DNA from: Bacillota bacterium
GTDB taxonomy: Bacteria; Bacillota; Clostridia; Saccharofermentanales; DTU023
Assembly (NCBI GenBank): GCA_023389255.1
Contig: JAEWER010000019.1
Coordinates: 106,661-170,660, forward strand
Direction of reading: 5' to 3'
DNA: 64,000 nt
Under the pieces are notes generated by a model, which was not told where the DNA came from, did no database searches, and saw only the letters and a list, made by a program, of their open reading frames with translations. A program made the translations under genes and the position numbers. Positions 37,768-47,489 of the stretch are shown piece after piece; position 1 is the first letter of the stretch, and every line of letters begins with the position of its first letter.

Positions 37768-38517
37768 ATGAAAAAACTAGTGCTTATCCGTCATGGTCAA
37801 AGTGAGTGGAATAAAGCTAATTTGTTTACAGGTTGGACCGATGTTGATCTCTCCGATCAAGGTAGAGAAGAAGCCAGAAATGCAGGTCGTGTATTAAAAG
37901 CTGAAGGCTATGATTTCGATTACTGTTATACATCATATTTAAAACGTGCGATTCATACCCTAAATTTAGTGTTGGAAGAAATGGATCGTGAATGGCTACC
38001 TGTACATAAGAGCTGGCAATTAAACGAGCGTCACTATGGTGATTTACAAGGCCTCAACAAAGCAGAGACGGCAGCTAAGTATGGAGAAGAACAAGTTTTG
38101 ATCTGGCGTAGATCTTTTAGCACTCAGCCCCCTGCTCTAACAGAAGAAGACGAGAGAAGTCCTAGAACACAAGAGCAATATCGTGATGAGCAAGATAAAA
38201 CCATCTTACCTTTGACCGAGAGCTTAAAAGATACCATTAGCCGTGTAGTTCCTTATTTTGAGCAAGTTATCAAAGCTGATATGGAAAACGACAAGCGTGT
38301 TTTAATTGCAGCTCATGGTAACTCCTTGCGTGCACTGGTTAAGTACTTCGAGAATCTGAGCGAAGAAGAAATTATCAGCGTGAATATTCCCACTGGTGTA
38401 CCTTTGGTCTATGAGTTCGACGACGATTTTAACTTCCAAAGAAAATACTACTTGGGTGATCAAGATGCTATTGCAGAACAAATGAAGCAAGTTGCCAACC
38501 AAGGGAAAGCTAAGTAG
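37768..38517 (+). CDS. gpmA: 2,3-bisphosphoglycerate-dependent phosphoglycerate mutase
   Basis: [27 protein letters not shown] and [10 protein letters not shown]. Confidence 0.95.
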   Translation: MKKLVLIRHGQSEWNKANLFTGWTDVDLSDQGREEARNAGRVLKAEGYDFDYCYTSYLKRAIHTLNLVLEEMDREWLPVHKSWQLNERHYGDLQGLNKAETAAKYGEEQVLIWRRSFSTQPPALTEEDERSPRTQEQYRDEQDKTILPLTESLKDTISRVVPYFEQVIKADMENDKRVLIAAHGNSLRALVKYFENLSEEEIISVNIPTGVPLVYEFDDDFNFQRKYYLGDQDAIAEQMKQVANQGKAK

Positions 38518-38625
38518 ATTGTGTCATTTGTGCCAATAAGTGCCTGTGTAACGACATTTTAATAAGAGCTTTGGCAAGATAGCCATAAGTCCAAGTAGCC
38601 AAAATACTTGATGAATTAGGAGTTA

Positions 38626-39060
38626 ATGATGAATACTTTTGGATTAGTTTATTTTACTACTGGTGGTAACACCGAGAGCATGGCAGAAACTTTGAGAGAT
38701 GCATTAGAAGCAAAGGGTGCTGAAGTTTATTTTTCTGCAGTTGGAGAAGCTGACGCAGATGAATTCTTCAGCAAGGACGTATTACTGTTTGGTTCACCTG
38801 CTCAAGGTACAGAAGGTATTGATGAAGGCGAAATGCTTCCTTTCATCGAAGATAATGCTGACAAATTAGAAGGCAAAAAAGTCTTCATGTTTGGTTCCTA
38901 TGGCTGGGGCGGTGGTGAATACATGGAGAACTGGAAAAATGACATTATGGATCAATACAATGTTACTTATCCAGCAGGTACCGTGGTTACGCTTGAAGCC
39001 CCCACAGATGAAACTGAAGAACAATTACAAGCCGCTGCTGAACAGCTAGTTGAAGCTTAA
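38626..39060 (+). CDS. Short-chain flavodoxin
   Basis: FMN-binding loop YFTTGGNTE and the GSYGWGGGEY region; 144 aa and acidic. Confidence 0.85.
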   Translation: MMNTFGLVYFTTGGNTESMAETLRDALEAKGAEVYFSAVGEADADEFFSKDVLLFGSPAQGTEGIDEGEMLPFIEDNADKLEGKKVFMFGSYGWGGGEYMENWKNDIMDQYNVTYPAGTVVTLEAPTDETEEQLQAAAEQLVEA

Positions 39061-39081
39061 AAAGCTATTTAATTAAGTTGC

Positions 39082-39112
39082 AAAAGAGAGCGAATTTTCG
39101 CTCTCTTTTTGT
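39082..39112 (+). terminator. Intrinsic terminator after the flavodoxin gene
   Basis: AAAAGAGAGCG-AATTTT-CGCTCTCTTTTT. Confidence 0.85.
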
Positions 39113-39236
39113 TTGTTTAGGCTTATGATTAGTCGAAGCATCAATTGTGAATGTAGCTAAGTATTATTTTTTTATTCACATACATGATTGTGCTAAGTGT
39201 ATAAAATAAAGGAGATATTATTTTAGAGGTGTTGGT

Positions 39237-40895
39237 ATGAAAAAATCAACGATTAAGCTATTGGCACTGGCACTGTGTGTGCTCCTTATTAGTGCCGGTT
39301 TAGTTAAAAATATTATGGCAGAAGAGGAAGTAAATAACACACCAAAGCCGATGACGGTGTTTTCTTTAGATGCGGGCAGAAAATATTTTTCACCAGAACA
39401 AATTAAAGATATTATTGACCAACTACATGATCGCGGCTATACACATATGCAACTTCTGTTAGGAAATGATGGTCTGCGCTTTTTATTGGATGACATGGGC
39501 GTGAATGTTGACGGAACAGAATATGATTCTGAAGCAGTGAAAACAGCCATTGCTCATGGTAACGATGCCTATTACCAAGACCCAAACGGGAATCATCTAA
39601 CGGAAAGTGAGATGAATGAAATATTAGCCTATGCTAAGAGCAAGCAGATCAGTATTATTCCAGGTATTAACAGCCCTGGTCATATGGATGCCATACTACA
39701 CGCTATGGACGAACTTAAGTTTGAGAATCCACGTTTCATGACCTCTGTTCGTACCGTAGATTTGGCCAATGAAAAAGCAGTCAAATTCACTAAAGCATTA
39801 GTCTTAAAATATGTTGATTACTTTGGTAGCTCTATTGATTATTTCACCATTGGTGGTGATGAATACGCTAATGATGTAGACAATGCTGGTGGTTGGCGTG
39901 CTATTCAAAAAAGTGGCAAGTACAGTGAATTTGTTAAATATATTAACGACTTGACAGCAGAGATAACAGATCGTGGCATTACGCCCATTGCCTTTAATGA
40001 TGGCATCTACTATAACTCTGATGATTCGTTTGGCACTTTTAATACCAATTTATTAATCTCATATTGGAATGCTGGTTGGTGGGGATACGATGTAGCTAAG
40101 CCTAGCTACCTTCAGGCTAAAGGTCACCGTATTCTCAACACCAATGATGGTTGGTACTACGTTTTAGGGCATGAAGAGAGTAAAATTTACAACCTGAAAG
40201 ATGCTCTAAAAAATATGAAGAAAAAGCCCTTTAATGAGGTACCTGGCGCCAAAGCGGGGGAGATTGATATTGTTGGCTCAATGCACTGCTTATGGTGTGA
40301 TGATCCTTCTAAACCATATCTACCCGACAGATTAACCGAAGCTCTAGATACATTTAGCACCAGCTATAAAGAAATGATGAGTGTACACGAAGAACCTGTG
40401 ATTGAAACCACGATCACAACCGCTAGCACCACCCAAGCAACGACTATCGCTACAACTTCTGCTACCACAGAAGTAACTACTGTTGCTACTACCCCAGGGG
40501 TCACGGTCACTGCTACCAAGGCAACGACTGAAGCTGTAGCTACTAGCACCACCCAAGCAACAACTATACCAACAACCAAGCAAACAACCAAAGCAACTAG
40601 TGTTGCTACGATGAAAGCTACAACTACAGTGAAGGGAATAGAAGAGCCAGTTGTTATTCATACAACCAAATCCGAGCTGGATAATAATACTCAAACTCAG
40701 ATAGTTTCTTCTAAGAAGATAATGAGATCTCAAGCGACAACATCTAAGGGCGAACTTAACACTACTGCTAAAACGAAGAATAAAGCTTCTGCCATAGTAC
40801 CTAAAACAGGCGTAAATAAAGGCAGTGAATTTATATTGCTGTTGGTTTTAGGTCTTGTATGTTTAGCAATAAGAAGACACAGCATTAAGCAATAA
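39237..40895 (+). CDS. Cell-wall-anchored GH20 beta-N-acetylhexosaminidase (dispersin-B-like catalytic domain)
   Basis: Signal peptide; a GH20 core with LDAGRKYFSP, NSPGHMDA and the catalytic TIGGDEY; a Thr-rich linker; and the C-terminal sorting signal VPKTG plus a hydrophobic helix plus RRHSIKQ. Confidence 0.85.
   Translation: MKKSTIKLLALALCVLLISAGLVKNIMAEEEVNNTPKPMTVFSLDAGRKYFSPEQIKDIIDQLHDRGYTHMQLLLGNDGLRFLLDDMGVNVDGTEYDSEAVKTAIAHGNDAYYQDPNGNHLTESEMNEILAYAKSKQISIIPGINSPGHMDAILHAMDELKFENPRFMTSVRTVDLANEKAVKFTKALVLKYVDYFGSSIDYFTIGGDEYANDVDNAGGWRAIQKSGKYSEFVKYINDLTAEITDRGITPIAFNDGIYYNSDDSFGTFNTNLLISYWNAGWWGYDVAKPSYLQAKGHRILNTNDGWYYVLGHEESKIYNLKDALKNMKKKPFNEVPGAKAGEIDIVGSMHCLWCDDPSKPYLPDRLTEALDTFSTSYKEMMSVHEEPVIETTITTASTTQATTIATTSATTEVTTVATTPGVTVTATKATTEAVATSTTQATTIPTTKQTTKATSVATMKATTTVKGIEEPVVIHTTKSELDNNTQTQIVSSKKIMRSQATTSKGELNTTAKTKNKASAIVPKTGVNKGSEFILLLVLGLVCLAIRRHSIKQ
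40423..40640 (+). repeat. Degenerate tandem duplication of about 120 bp encoding the Thr/Ala-rich linker of the GH20 protein
   Basis: CTAGCACCACCCAAGCAACGACTAT at 40423 recurs at 40543 with one mismatch. AACTACTGTTGCTAC (about 40477) and AACTAGTGTTGCTAC (about 40594) repeat in the same way. Confidence 0.6.
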
Positions 40896-41019
40896 ACAAA
40901 AATTAACAAGACTATTTACTAACCGCGACATAAATTAAGTGAATTTAAGAAGATAGTTTTTTAGTAAGACGCAAACAAAAAGTGAATGAGAAATAAGCAT
41001 TTGTAATTAGTTACTGAGA

Positions 41020-41048
41020 GGGAACCACCAGCTGGTTCCCTTTTTATT
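41020..41048 (+). terminator. Intrinsic terminator about 125 nt downstream of the GH20 stop
   Basis: GGGAACCA-CCAGC-TGGTTCCC followed by TTTTTATT. Confidence 0.8.
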
Positions 41049-41242
41049 AGTGTAGTAAAGGCTTGCACATGTAAGAGTTGATCTCAATAAACGTATTAAG
41101 ATTTGATAGTGATAAATCAAGCGAGATTGTAAAACAAAGCAAACGCATATAGTGTTAAGACCTTTTGCCAAAACACTACCTGCTGTGCTATGATAGATAA
41201 ACTTAAATTCATCTCAGCTGAATAAAAGATATGAGGTGAAAT

Positions 41243-41887
41243 ATGCAAAGTACTTTTACTTATCCCACTAACAACCTAGGTTTAGGAATAAGCTCTCAAA
41301 CAACTTCTGCGTCAGAGCACCAACTAAAGTTTTCTGTAGTTGGTTCTGATCGAGAATTAATGCGACAGATCAGCGTCACACTGCGTCAGCATGGCATACT
41401 CAATATTGCATATGGCAATGGAGTTGCCCATTATTTGGTAGATGGCAGAACGGATAAAGTTCGAGCCGCCAAACTATTGCTAAATGAAGTCCAATCTACT
41501 AACTATTTAGCAACTATACAACGTGAATTTGTGGTACGAAATCTTTATCAAATGGTGGATTCAGTGCTTAATCGTTATTGTTTCAATCGCGAACTCAAAG
41601 GCTATAGCTATCTGCGATATGCGTTAGTTTTGCTAATGCAAGATGAAGATCTGTTGCTAGCATTAGGTAAATATCTTTATCCCAAAATAGCGATTAACTT
41701 CAACGCTAATGAGGAACAAGTAGCACGCAATCTACGCTATTTATTCGAACAGCTTTTTCTAGAAGAAAACACTAAATCTGAAGAAACAGCAAAGCTTTTA
41801 CGCTATCAAACAACTTCAACTAAATCATTGCTAAAAGCAATGCTTTTAGAAGTCAAAGAATTTGAACAAGTTGAGTATCACTATTAG
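41243..41887 (+). CDS. Spo0A_C-domain DNA-binding protein with a truncated, apparently non-phosphorylatable receiver remnant
   Basis: Its C-terminal half aligns by eye with the Bacillus subtilis Spo0A effector domain: ELKGYSYLRYAL..LLLALGKYLYPKIAINFNANEEQVARNLRYLFEQLF against [48 protein letters not shown]. The N-terminus keeps only KFSVVGSDRELM..IAYGNGVAHYL. Confidence 0.6.
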   Translation: MQSTFTYPTNNLGLGISSQTTSASEHQLKFSVVGSDRELMRQISVTLRQHGILNIAYGNGVAHYLVDGRTDKVRAAKLLLNEVQSTNYLATIQREFVVRNLYQMVDSVLNRYCFNRELKGYSYLRYALVLLMQDEDLLLALGKYLYPKIAINFNANEEQVARNLRYLFEQLFLEENTKSEETAKLLRYQTTSTKSLLKAMLLEVKEFEQVEYHY

Positions 41888-41998
41888 CAGAAGTGGCGTA
41901 ACGTTAACGATGCTTGCACAAAATGTAATAAAAGCTTCGTGTTAACGCCACAGTTATGAGATATGCTATAGATAACTCCCTATAAAGAGAGGAAAATT

Positions 41999-42487
41999 GT
42001 GCAAATGATCAATGAATACATCGAAGATTTGATGAGAAATCCTCTTCAGGAACTCATCATTCCCGCTGAAAATGTAGCTACCGTTCGCAAAGAAAACACT
42101 CTGTTACACGTCTTGATGCTTTTGCAAAATATAGGTTATTCGTCTATTCCCGTTGTCGACAATGAATTAAAACTGCAAGGTGTTATTCGTATAGATGACA
42201 TCATCAAAGGAGTGATTGACGAGGTCAATTTCAACTGGGAATTGTTGTCAGAGAAACGTGTAGGAGAAGTGTTGAGCAAAGATCACTCAGTGGTTGGCGA
42301 ACAGCCCGAATTAGAAGATATCCTGCATAGTCTAGTTGACCATAATTATGTCAATGTTGTAGATGAAGACGGAGTTTTCCGTGGCATCATAACTCGTAAA
42401 AGTATGTTTAAGCGTATCAATTATGTGGTACATGAGTTAGACAACTGTTTGCAGATTGAACCCTTAGGTCAACCAGCTAATTGTTAA
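41999..42487 (+). CDS. CBS-pair protein (CbpB/YkuL-like)
   Basis: Two CBS motifs (..HVLMLLQNIGYSSIPVVDNELKLQGVI.. and ..NYVNVVDEDGVFRGIITRKSM..); about 160 aa. The start is either GTG 41999 or ATG 42005. Confidence 0.7.
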   Translation: MQMINEYIEDLMRNPLQELIIPAENVATVRKENTLLHVLMLLQNIGYSSIPVVDNELKLQGVIRIDDIIKGVIDEVNFNWELLSEKRVGEVLSKDHSVVGEQPELEDILHSLVDHNYVNVVDEDGVFRGIITRKSMFKRINYVVHELDNCLQIEPLGQPANC

Positions 42488-42530
42488 GCTAATAACTAGC
42501 GACTTTTGCTTTACCTTTGCAAAAAAAGTA

Positions 42531-42559
42531 TTGACAAGTAGCTGTAAAAGGAGTAAATT
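42531..42559 (+). promoter_or_regulatory. Candidate promoter for tRNA-Arg
   Basis: An A-rich UP-like tract, then TTGACA, 17 nt, TAAATT, about 18 nt upstream of the tRNA 5' end. Confidence 0.5.
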
Positions 42560-42576
42560 GATTTGGCATTTGATTT

Positions 42577-42653
<77 letters not shown>

Positions 42654-42679
42654 GCCTCCTAATTTAGGAGGCTTTTTTT
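42654..42679 (+). terminator. Intrinsic terminator directly after tRNA-Arg
   Basis: AGCCTCCT-AATTT-AGGAGGCT followed by TTTTTT. Confidence 0.85.
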
Positions 42680-42792
42680 CTGCGTATAATTTGCAACATC
42701 AAGAAATATTTCTAGCTATTTTAGGCAAAAGATTACTTAAGAATTTAGAATAAAAATATGCAGAGATAAAGGAAGTAAAGTAGTGTAGCTTT

Positions 42793-43266
42793 ATGAAAAA
42801 ACATAAAACGAATGCGCTTAGAATGTTGGATACCTTAAAGATCGACTACGAAACCTTAGCTTACGATGAACAACAGGCAGACGATGGTATCGCAGTTGCA
42901 ACACTAACAGGTATGCCAGTAGAACAAGTTTATAAAACATTGATCACAGAAGCTAAGAGTGGTAAACATTATGTTTTTGTTATTCCTGTAGCAGAAACAT
43001 TAGATTTAAAAGCAGCAGCTAAAGCTGTATCAGAGAAAAATGTCGCCATGATTGCCGTAAAACAGCTATTACCTCTCACGGGATATGTCCGAGGGGGGTG
43101 CTCGCCGGTAGGGCTAAAGAAGCCTTTCCCAGTAGTAATAGATGAAACGGTTTTGTTACATGAGCATATCTGTGTCAGTGCAGGAGTTAGAGGATTACAG
43201 GTTCGACTTAAACCAGCTGATTTAATAAGAGCCGTGGGTGCTAGCACCTACGATTTAATAGTTTAG
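42793..43266 (+). CDS. ybaK: Cys-tRNA(Pro)/Cys-tRNA(Cys) deacylase YbaK/EbsC family
   Basis: 157 aa with a YbaK-like pattern: KTNALRMLD.., YKTL.., GYVRGGCSPVG. Confidence 0.8.
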   Translation: MKKHKTNALRMLDTLKIDYETLAYDEQQADDGIAVATLTGMPVEQVYKTLITEAKSGKHYVFVIPVAETLDLKAAAKAVSEKNVAMIAVKQLLPLTGYVRGGCSPVGLKKPFPVVIDETVLLHEHICVSAGVRGLQVRLKPADLIRAVGASTYDLIV

Positions 43267-43278
43267 TGGAGGTTAAAT

Positions 43279-43569
43279 ATGCAACAGCATCCTGAACTTA
43301 AGTTTGAAAGTGATTGTTTTTATTTAGGTGAAAGCAGAGAAGAAGCCTTAGCAATTATCGAATGGAGATATGTTGCTGAAAAGGTAATTGATGTGAATCA
43401 TACTTTTGTTTCTGAGTCATTACGGGGACAAGGAATAGCACAAAAATTAGTTGAGGCAGTTTTGGAATTAGCTAGACAAGATAATTTAAAAATTATTCCC
43501 AGCTGTTCTTATGTAGATAAATATTTAGCTAAACACGAAGCTGAATGCCATGGTTTGCGTCACCAGTAA
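43279..43569 (+). CDS. Small GNAT-like N-acetyltransferase (YjdJ-type)
   Basis: 96 aa with the acetyl-CoA-binding motif LRGQGIAQKLVEAVLELAR and a C-terminal CSYV. Confidence 0.65.
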   Translation: MQQHPELKFESDCFYLGESREEALAIIEWRYVAEKVIDVNHTFVSESLRGQGIAQKLVEAVLELARQDNLKIIPSCSYVDKYLAKHEAECHGLRHQ

Positions 43570-43737
43570 AACTAGGAAAACTGAGGAAATAAGAGAAAGC
43601 AGAAGTTAAATAAATAACGGATTAAATACAGCAAAACAACGGGTTTCGTATCTTTTGCATAGAACTAAATGCGAAAAATTTCTTACAATAACAGTTGTTT
43701 GAATGAATAAGCAGTGATGTTCACTTTAGGAGTTTTT

Positions 43738-44694
43738 ATGAAACAAAAAAAATTTGGTACCAAGATTGCCATTGTAGGTGCAGGTAAAGTAGGAGCTAAC
43801 CTAGCATACGTTATGTCGATAACGCATGCTTGTGATGATTTAGTTTTGATTGATATCAATCACGACTTAGCCGAAGGTGAGGCGATGGACATTCTGCACG
43901 GTTTACCTTTCTTAAATCAGATGAAAGTACGCTGCGGCGATTATAGCGAAGTTAAAGATGCAGATATTATCGTAATGGCAGCTGGTGCAGGCAGAAAGCC
44001 GGGCGAGACACGTCTAGATCTAGCTGTTAAAAATTGCCAAATTGCCAAATCTGTAACGACAGAGATCATGAAACATTACAATGGTGGCGTGATCGTGGTA
44101 GTTGCCAACCCTGTAGATGTATTAACTTATAAAATGATTGAATGGTCGGGTTTACCTGCAAACACCATTGTTGGTTCTGGCACAGTACTAGATGGTATTC
44201 GTTTCCGTACGCACTTAGCGAAGAAATTTGGCATTGATATGAAGAATATCCATGCCTATATTCTGGGTGAACATGGTGACGGTCAATTCCCATCATGGAG
44301 CTTTAGCAAGATTGCTGGTTTTGGTATTGATGAGTTCTGCAGAGTTTCGGGCATGACCTTAACTGAAGCGGAAAAAGAAGAAATAGCATTGCAAACCAAG
44401 ACTGCAGGTGCTGAAATTATTAAGCGCAAAGGTGCTACTTTCTACGGTATTGGTGTAGCGGTCGAAGAAATTTGTAAATCCTTGTTACACGATGAAAATA
44501 CCATTCGTACAGTAGGCGCTAAACTGAGCGGTGAGTTTGGTATTTCAGATGTGGTACTAAATGTGCCATGTATTGTAGGTGCAGAAGGTATCGTCAAGAT
44601 TTTAGAGTTGGAATTACCAGCAGATGAGTTAGCAAAACTACAGAAAGCTGCTGACAACATTAAGGCCACTTTAGAGGTTGTTAAAAACATTTAA
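43738..44694 (+). CDS. ldh: L-lactate dehydrogenase
   Basis: KIAIVGAGKVG, the substrate-loop region GAGRKPGETRLDL, and the GEHGD catalytic His. The ATG at 43738 has a TAGGAG RBS. Confidence 0.93.
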   Translation: MKQKKFGTKIAIVGAGKVGANLAYVMSITHACDDLVLIDINHDLAEGEAMDILHGLPFLNQMKVRCGDYSEVKDADIIVMAAGAGRKPGETRLDLAVKNCQIAKSVTTEIMKHYNGGVIVVVANPVDVLTYKMIEWSGLPANTIVGSGTVLDGIRFRTHLAKKFGIDMKNIHAYILGEHGDGQFPSWSFSKIAGFGIDEFCRVSGMTLTEAEKEEIALQTKTAGAEIIKRKGATFYGIGVAVEEICKSLLHDENTIRTVGAKLSGEFGISDVVLNVPCIVGAEGIVKILELELPADELAKLQKAADNIKATLEVVKNI

Positions 44695-44835
44695 AACAGC
44701 TGAAGTTCTTTATTTTCAAATTAAGAGAGGCTAGCTACGAAGCTAGTCTCATTCATATCTAATATCAATAAAACACAAATAGCTACTGTGTAATAATAGC
44801 AGGCGTTATCAATGATTATTCAAACGAGGTACAGT

Positions 44836-45783
44836 ATGAAAAAAACTATTTCGGTTTTACTTGCTGTTGCCATGTGCTTGTTTTTAGTCGCTTGTGCAGG
44901 CGAGCAGAAAACAACTCAAACCACAGGCAAAGCAGAGCAAACTCAAGTTGCAAATACAGCTGAAACCAATGTGCAAAACAAAGGCCAGTCAGCTATTACT
45001 TTCTACGGTTCAACTACTTTAGCTCCCGTAGTTTCCAAAATTGCAACTAACTTTACTGAAGAATTTGAAAAATGGAATAAAGTAGATTCCAGTTTGCCAG
45101 AAGAGAATATCGCAGTTTTTGTTGCGTCAGCTGGCTCAGGTGCAGGTGTTAAAGCTGTTATTGATAATACAGCAGATTTTGGCATGCTAGCACGTGAAGT
45201 AAAAGATGAAGAGAAGCAAAAAATTAAAGATTATCAAGAGTACAAACTGGGTTTAGATGCTTTAACTATTTCAGTTAACCCAGAAAGTCCTCTCTTACAA
45301 GTTAAAGACGACATCACTAAAGAAGAGTTGAAAAAAATCTTTTCAGGCGAATACAAAACTTGGAAAGAATTTGACGCTTCCTTGCCTGCTGAAGATATCG
45401 TTTTAGTAATTCGCGATTTAGGTGGTGGAGCTCATGAAGTTTTCCAAAAGAAAGTTATGGGAGAAACAGAAGTAGCGGCAAATGCTATTCAAGCTCCTTC
45501 TATGGGCGCTCTGGTACAAAAAGTTATCGAAAACAAGAATGCCATTGGCTACGCTTCTTTCGGCATGGTTAGACAACATCAAGATGAGTTAAAGCCTCTG
45601 AAAGTAGAAGGCGTTGAGCCAACCGCAGAAAACATTCTTTCTGGTGCTTATGATATTTCTCGTCCGTTGGTAGTGGTTGGTTCCGGTGAGCTGACCGGTA
45701 GCAAGGCAAAGTTTATGGAATATCTGCAATCAGCAGAAGGAACTAAAGTTATCGAAGACATGGGCTTTATTGCTAATAAATAA
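44836..45783 (+). CDS. pstS: Phosphate ABC transporter substrate-binding lipoprotein (PstS family)
   Basis: Lipobox LFLVAC, SAGSGAGVKAV, and position upstream of pstCAB. Confidence 0.85.
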   Translation: MKKTISVLLAVAMCLFLVACAGEQKTTQTTGKAEQTQVANTAETNVQNKGQSAITFYGSTTLAPVVSKIATNFTEEFEKWNKVDSSLPEENIAVFVASAGSGAGVKAVIDNTADFGMLAREVKDEEKQKIKDYQEYKLGLDALTISVNPESPLLQVKDDITKEELKKIFSGEYKTWKEFDASLPAEDIVLVIRDLGGGAHEVFQKKVMGETEVAANAIQAPSMGALVQKVIENKNAIGYASFGMVRQHQDELKPLKVEGVEPTAENILSGAYDISRPLVVVGSGELTGSKAKFMEYLQSAEGTKVIEDMGFIANK

Positions 45784-45793
45784 TGCATAGATT

Positions 45794-46657
45794 ATGCGTA
45801 GATTAAAGGAATGGAGTGTAGCAATCCTCTGTCGAGGAGCAGCGCTATGCTCCATTTTATTGTTTGGTTTTGTTTTATTTTATATTTTGCATGAGAGTTT
45901 AAGTTTCTGGAGAGAAGACGGATTAGTACAATCTTTTTCTACTCACTGGCAACCTCTAAATGATCAATTTGGCATGCTTATAGCACTTCTAGGGACTGTG
46001 AGTGTTGCTTTGTTAGGCGTGCTCATTTCGCTGCCGATAGCGCTAGGCATTACAATTTTTGCTACCTGTTACTTAACCACTAGATGGCGCACTTTAATGG
46101 GATCGTTTTGCGACATGCTTGCAGGCATCCCTTCTGTTGTTATGGGATTTTTTGGTCTGATTGTATTGTTACCTATGATTGAAAACTCTTTTGCGTTATC
46201 CACAGGAGAAAGTGTGCTCTCTGCTGGAATTTTGTTAGCTGTAATGTTACTTCCCTATGAGATATCGGCTCTTTTGGAAACAGCACAGCAGTTGCTTGAG
46301 CGCTACTGGCAAACAATTTTAACATTTGGTGTAAGCAAAGCGTATTTTGCTAGGCGTTTTTTATTGCCCAATTTGAGAGTTTCTCTGATATCTAGTTTCC
46401 TTTTGGCTTTTGCAAGAGGTGCAGGAGAAACAATGGCCGTAATGATGGTTATTGGTAATAGCAATCTTTTACCATCATTTTTGGGCAAAAGTTCAACCAT
46501 CCAAGGGCGTATAGCTTTAGAGATGGGCATGGCAGTAGTGGGAGGTAAGCATTATCAAGCTTTATTTGCTTCTGCCTTTATATTGACGCTACTAATTCTA
46601 TTAGTTAATTTGACACAAGCATTATTCCAAAAATGGGTGCAACATGAACAAAACTAG
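45794..46657 (+). CDS. pstC: Phosphate ABC transporter permease PstC
   Basis: 6-TM permease with the EAA-like loop FARGAGETMAVMMV. Confidence 0.85.
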   Translation: MRRLKEWSVAILCRGAALCSILLFGFVLFYILHESLSFWREDGLVQSFSTHWQPLNDQFGMLIALLGTVSVALLGVLISLPIALGITIFATCYLTTRWRTLMGSFCDMLAGIPSVVMGFFGLIVLLPMIENSFALSTGESVLSAGILLAVMLLPYEISALLETAQQLLERYWQTILTFGVSKAYFARRFLLPNLRVSLISSFLLAFARGAGETMAVMMVIGNSNLLPSFLGKSSTIQGRIALEMGMAVVGGKHYQALFASAFILTLLILLVNLTQALFQKWVQHEQN

Positions 46658-47480
46658 TAAACATTATCTGCTTAACAGCCTATTTTATGCCTACTTGTTG
46701 TTGGCGTGTGGTTTGTTGCTAGGTTTTGTATTGTTGTTTATCAAATTTATGTTGTGGCAGAGTGCTAGCTTACCTAGTTGGTATCAATTCACTTCTGGAG
46801 CCTCAGCCTTCGGACAAAGAGGTGGATTGTTATCTGCCACTATTGGCAGTTTGTGTTTAGGATTTGGTGCAGCAGTTATCGCAGGTGTATTGGCGATGCT
46901 AGTTGCAGTAGCAGACTATCTCTATATTAAAAGTGTGACGCTACGTCGTGTTTTGCAGAGCGTGATTCGAACTATGGCAAGTGTACCGTCTACTGTACTC
47001 GGTTTGTTTGGCTACGCTTTTTTTGTACAACGCTTACAATTTGGCTTGTCCCTGATTGCAGGTATGTTAACTTTAGCTATTATGATTTTCCCTTACCTAG
47101 AACTCCGCTTCTATAAGCAATTAAATGAAATAGACATAAACCTAGTTAATACGGCTAAAGCTTTTGGTGTTAAACGCCAATACTTGCTTTGGTATTTATT
47201 GCTTCCTTTAATTCGCAAACAAGCCTTACGCAGTGTAGCTTTACAGATGAGTTTTGCGATGGGGGCAACAGCTCCGCTTATGATGACAACAGGTGTACTT
47301 AATGCACCTGTCCCTAGTAGCTTAAGTGATCCGGTTATGTCTTTGCCACACCATCTCTATCTTATTTTGAGCCAAGGTCTAGACAGAGCGGAAGCATATC
47401 AAACCTGTACGATTCTATTGCTTTTAGTATTCGTAATAAATGTAGGAGCTTTTTTGCTAACCCTAGAGAAAAATGTGTAA
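46644..47480 (+). CDS. pstA: Phosphate ABC transporter permease PstA
   Basis: A second 6-TM permease that overlaps pstC by 14 nt. Confidence 0.85.
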   Translation: MNKTSKHYLLNSLFYAYLLLACGLLLGFVLLFIKFMLWQSASLPSWYQFTSGASAFGQRGGLLSATIGSLCLGFGAAVIAGVLAMLVAVADYLYIKSVTLRRVLQSVIRTMASVPSTVLGLFGYAFFVQRLQFGLSLIAGMLTLAIMIFPYLELRFYKQLNEIDINLVNTAKAFGVKRQYLLWYLLLPLIRKQALRSVALQMSFAMGATAPLMMTTGVLNAPVPSSLSDPVMSLPHHLYLILSQGLDRAEAYQTCTILLLLVFVINVGAFLLTLEKNV

Positions 47481-47489
47481 GAGGTTATT

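Noticed and set aside
40344-40733. Two minus-strand ORFs (129 aa and 75 aa) opposite the GH20 linker; also 52947..53384 and 55257..55484 opposite the adhesin.
   Set aside because: They are antisense to Thr/Ala-rich low-complexity coding sequence (ACN/GCN codons read as Val/Gly/Cys-rich on the other strand). They are artefactual.
43700-43730. Possible Rex operator upstream of ldh (inverted repeat AGTGA-TGT-TCACT).
   Set aside because: The half-sites are too short and the spacing does not fit the TTGTGAA-N4-TTCACAA consensus.
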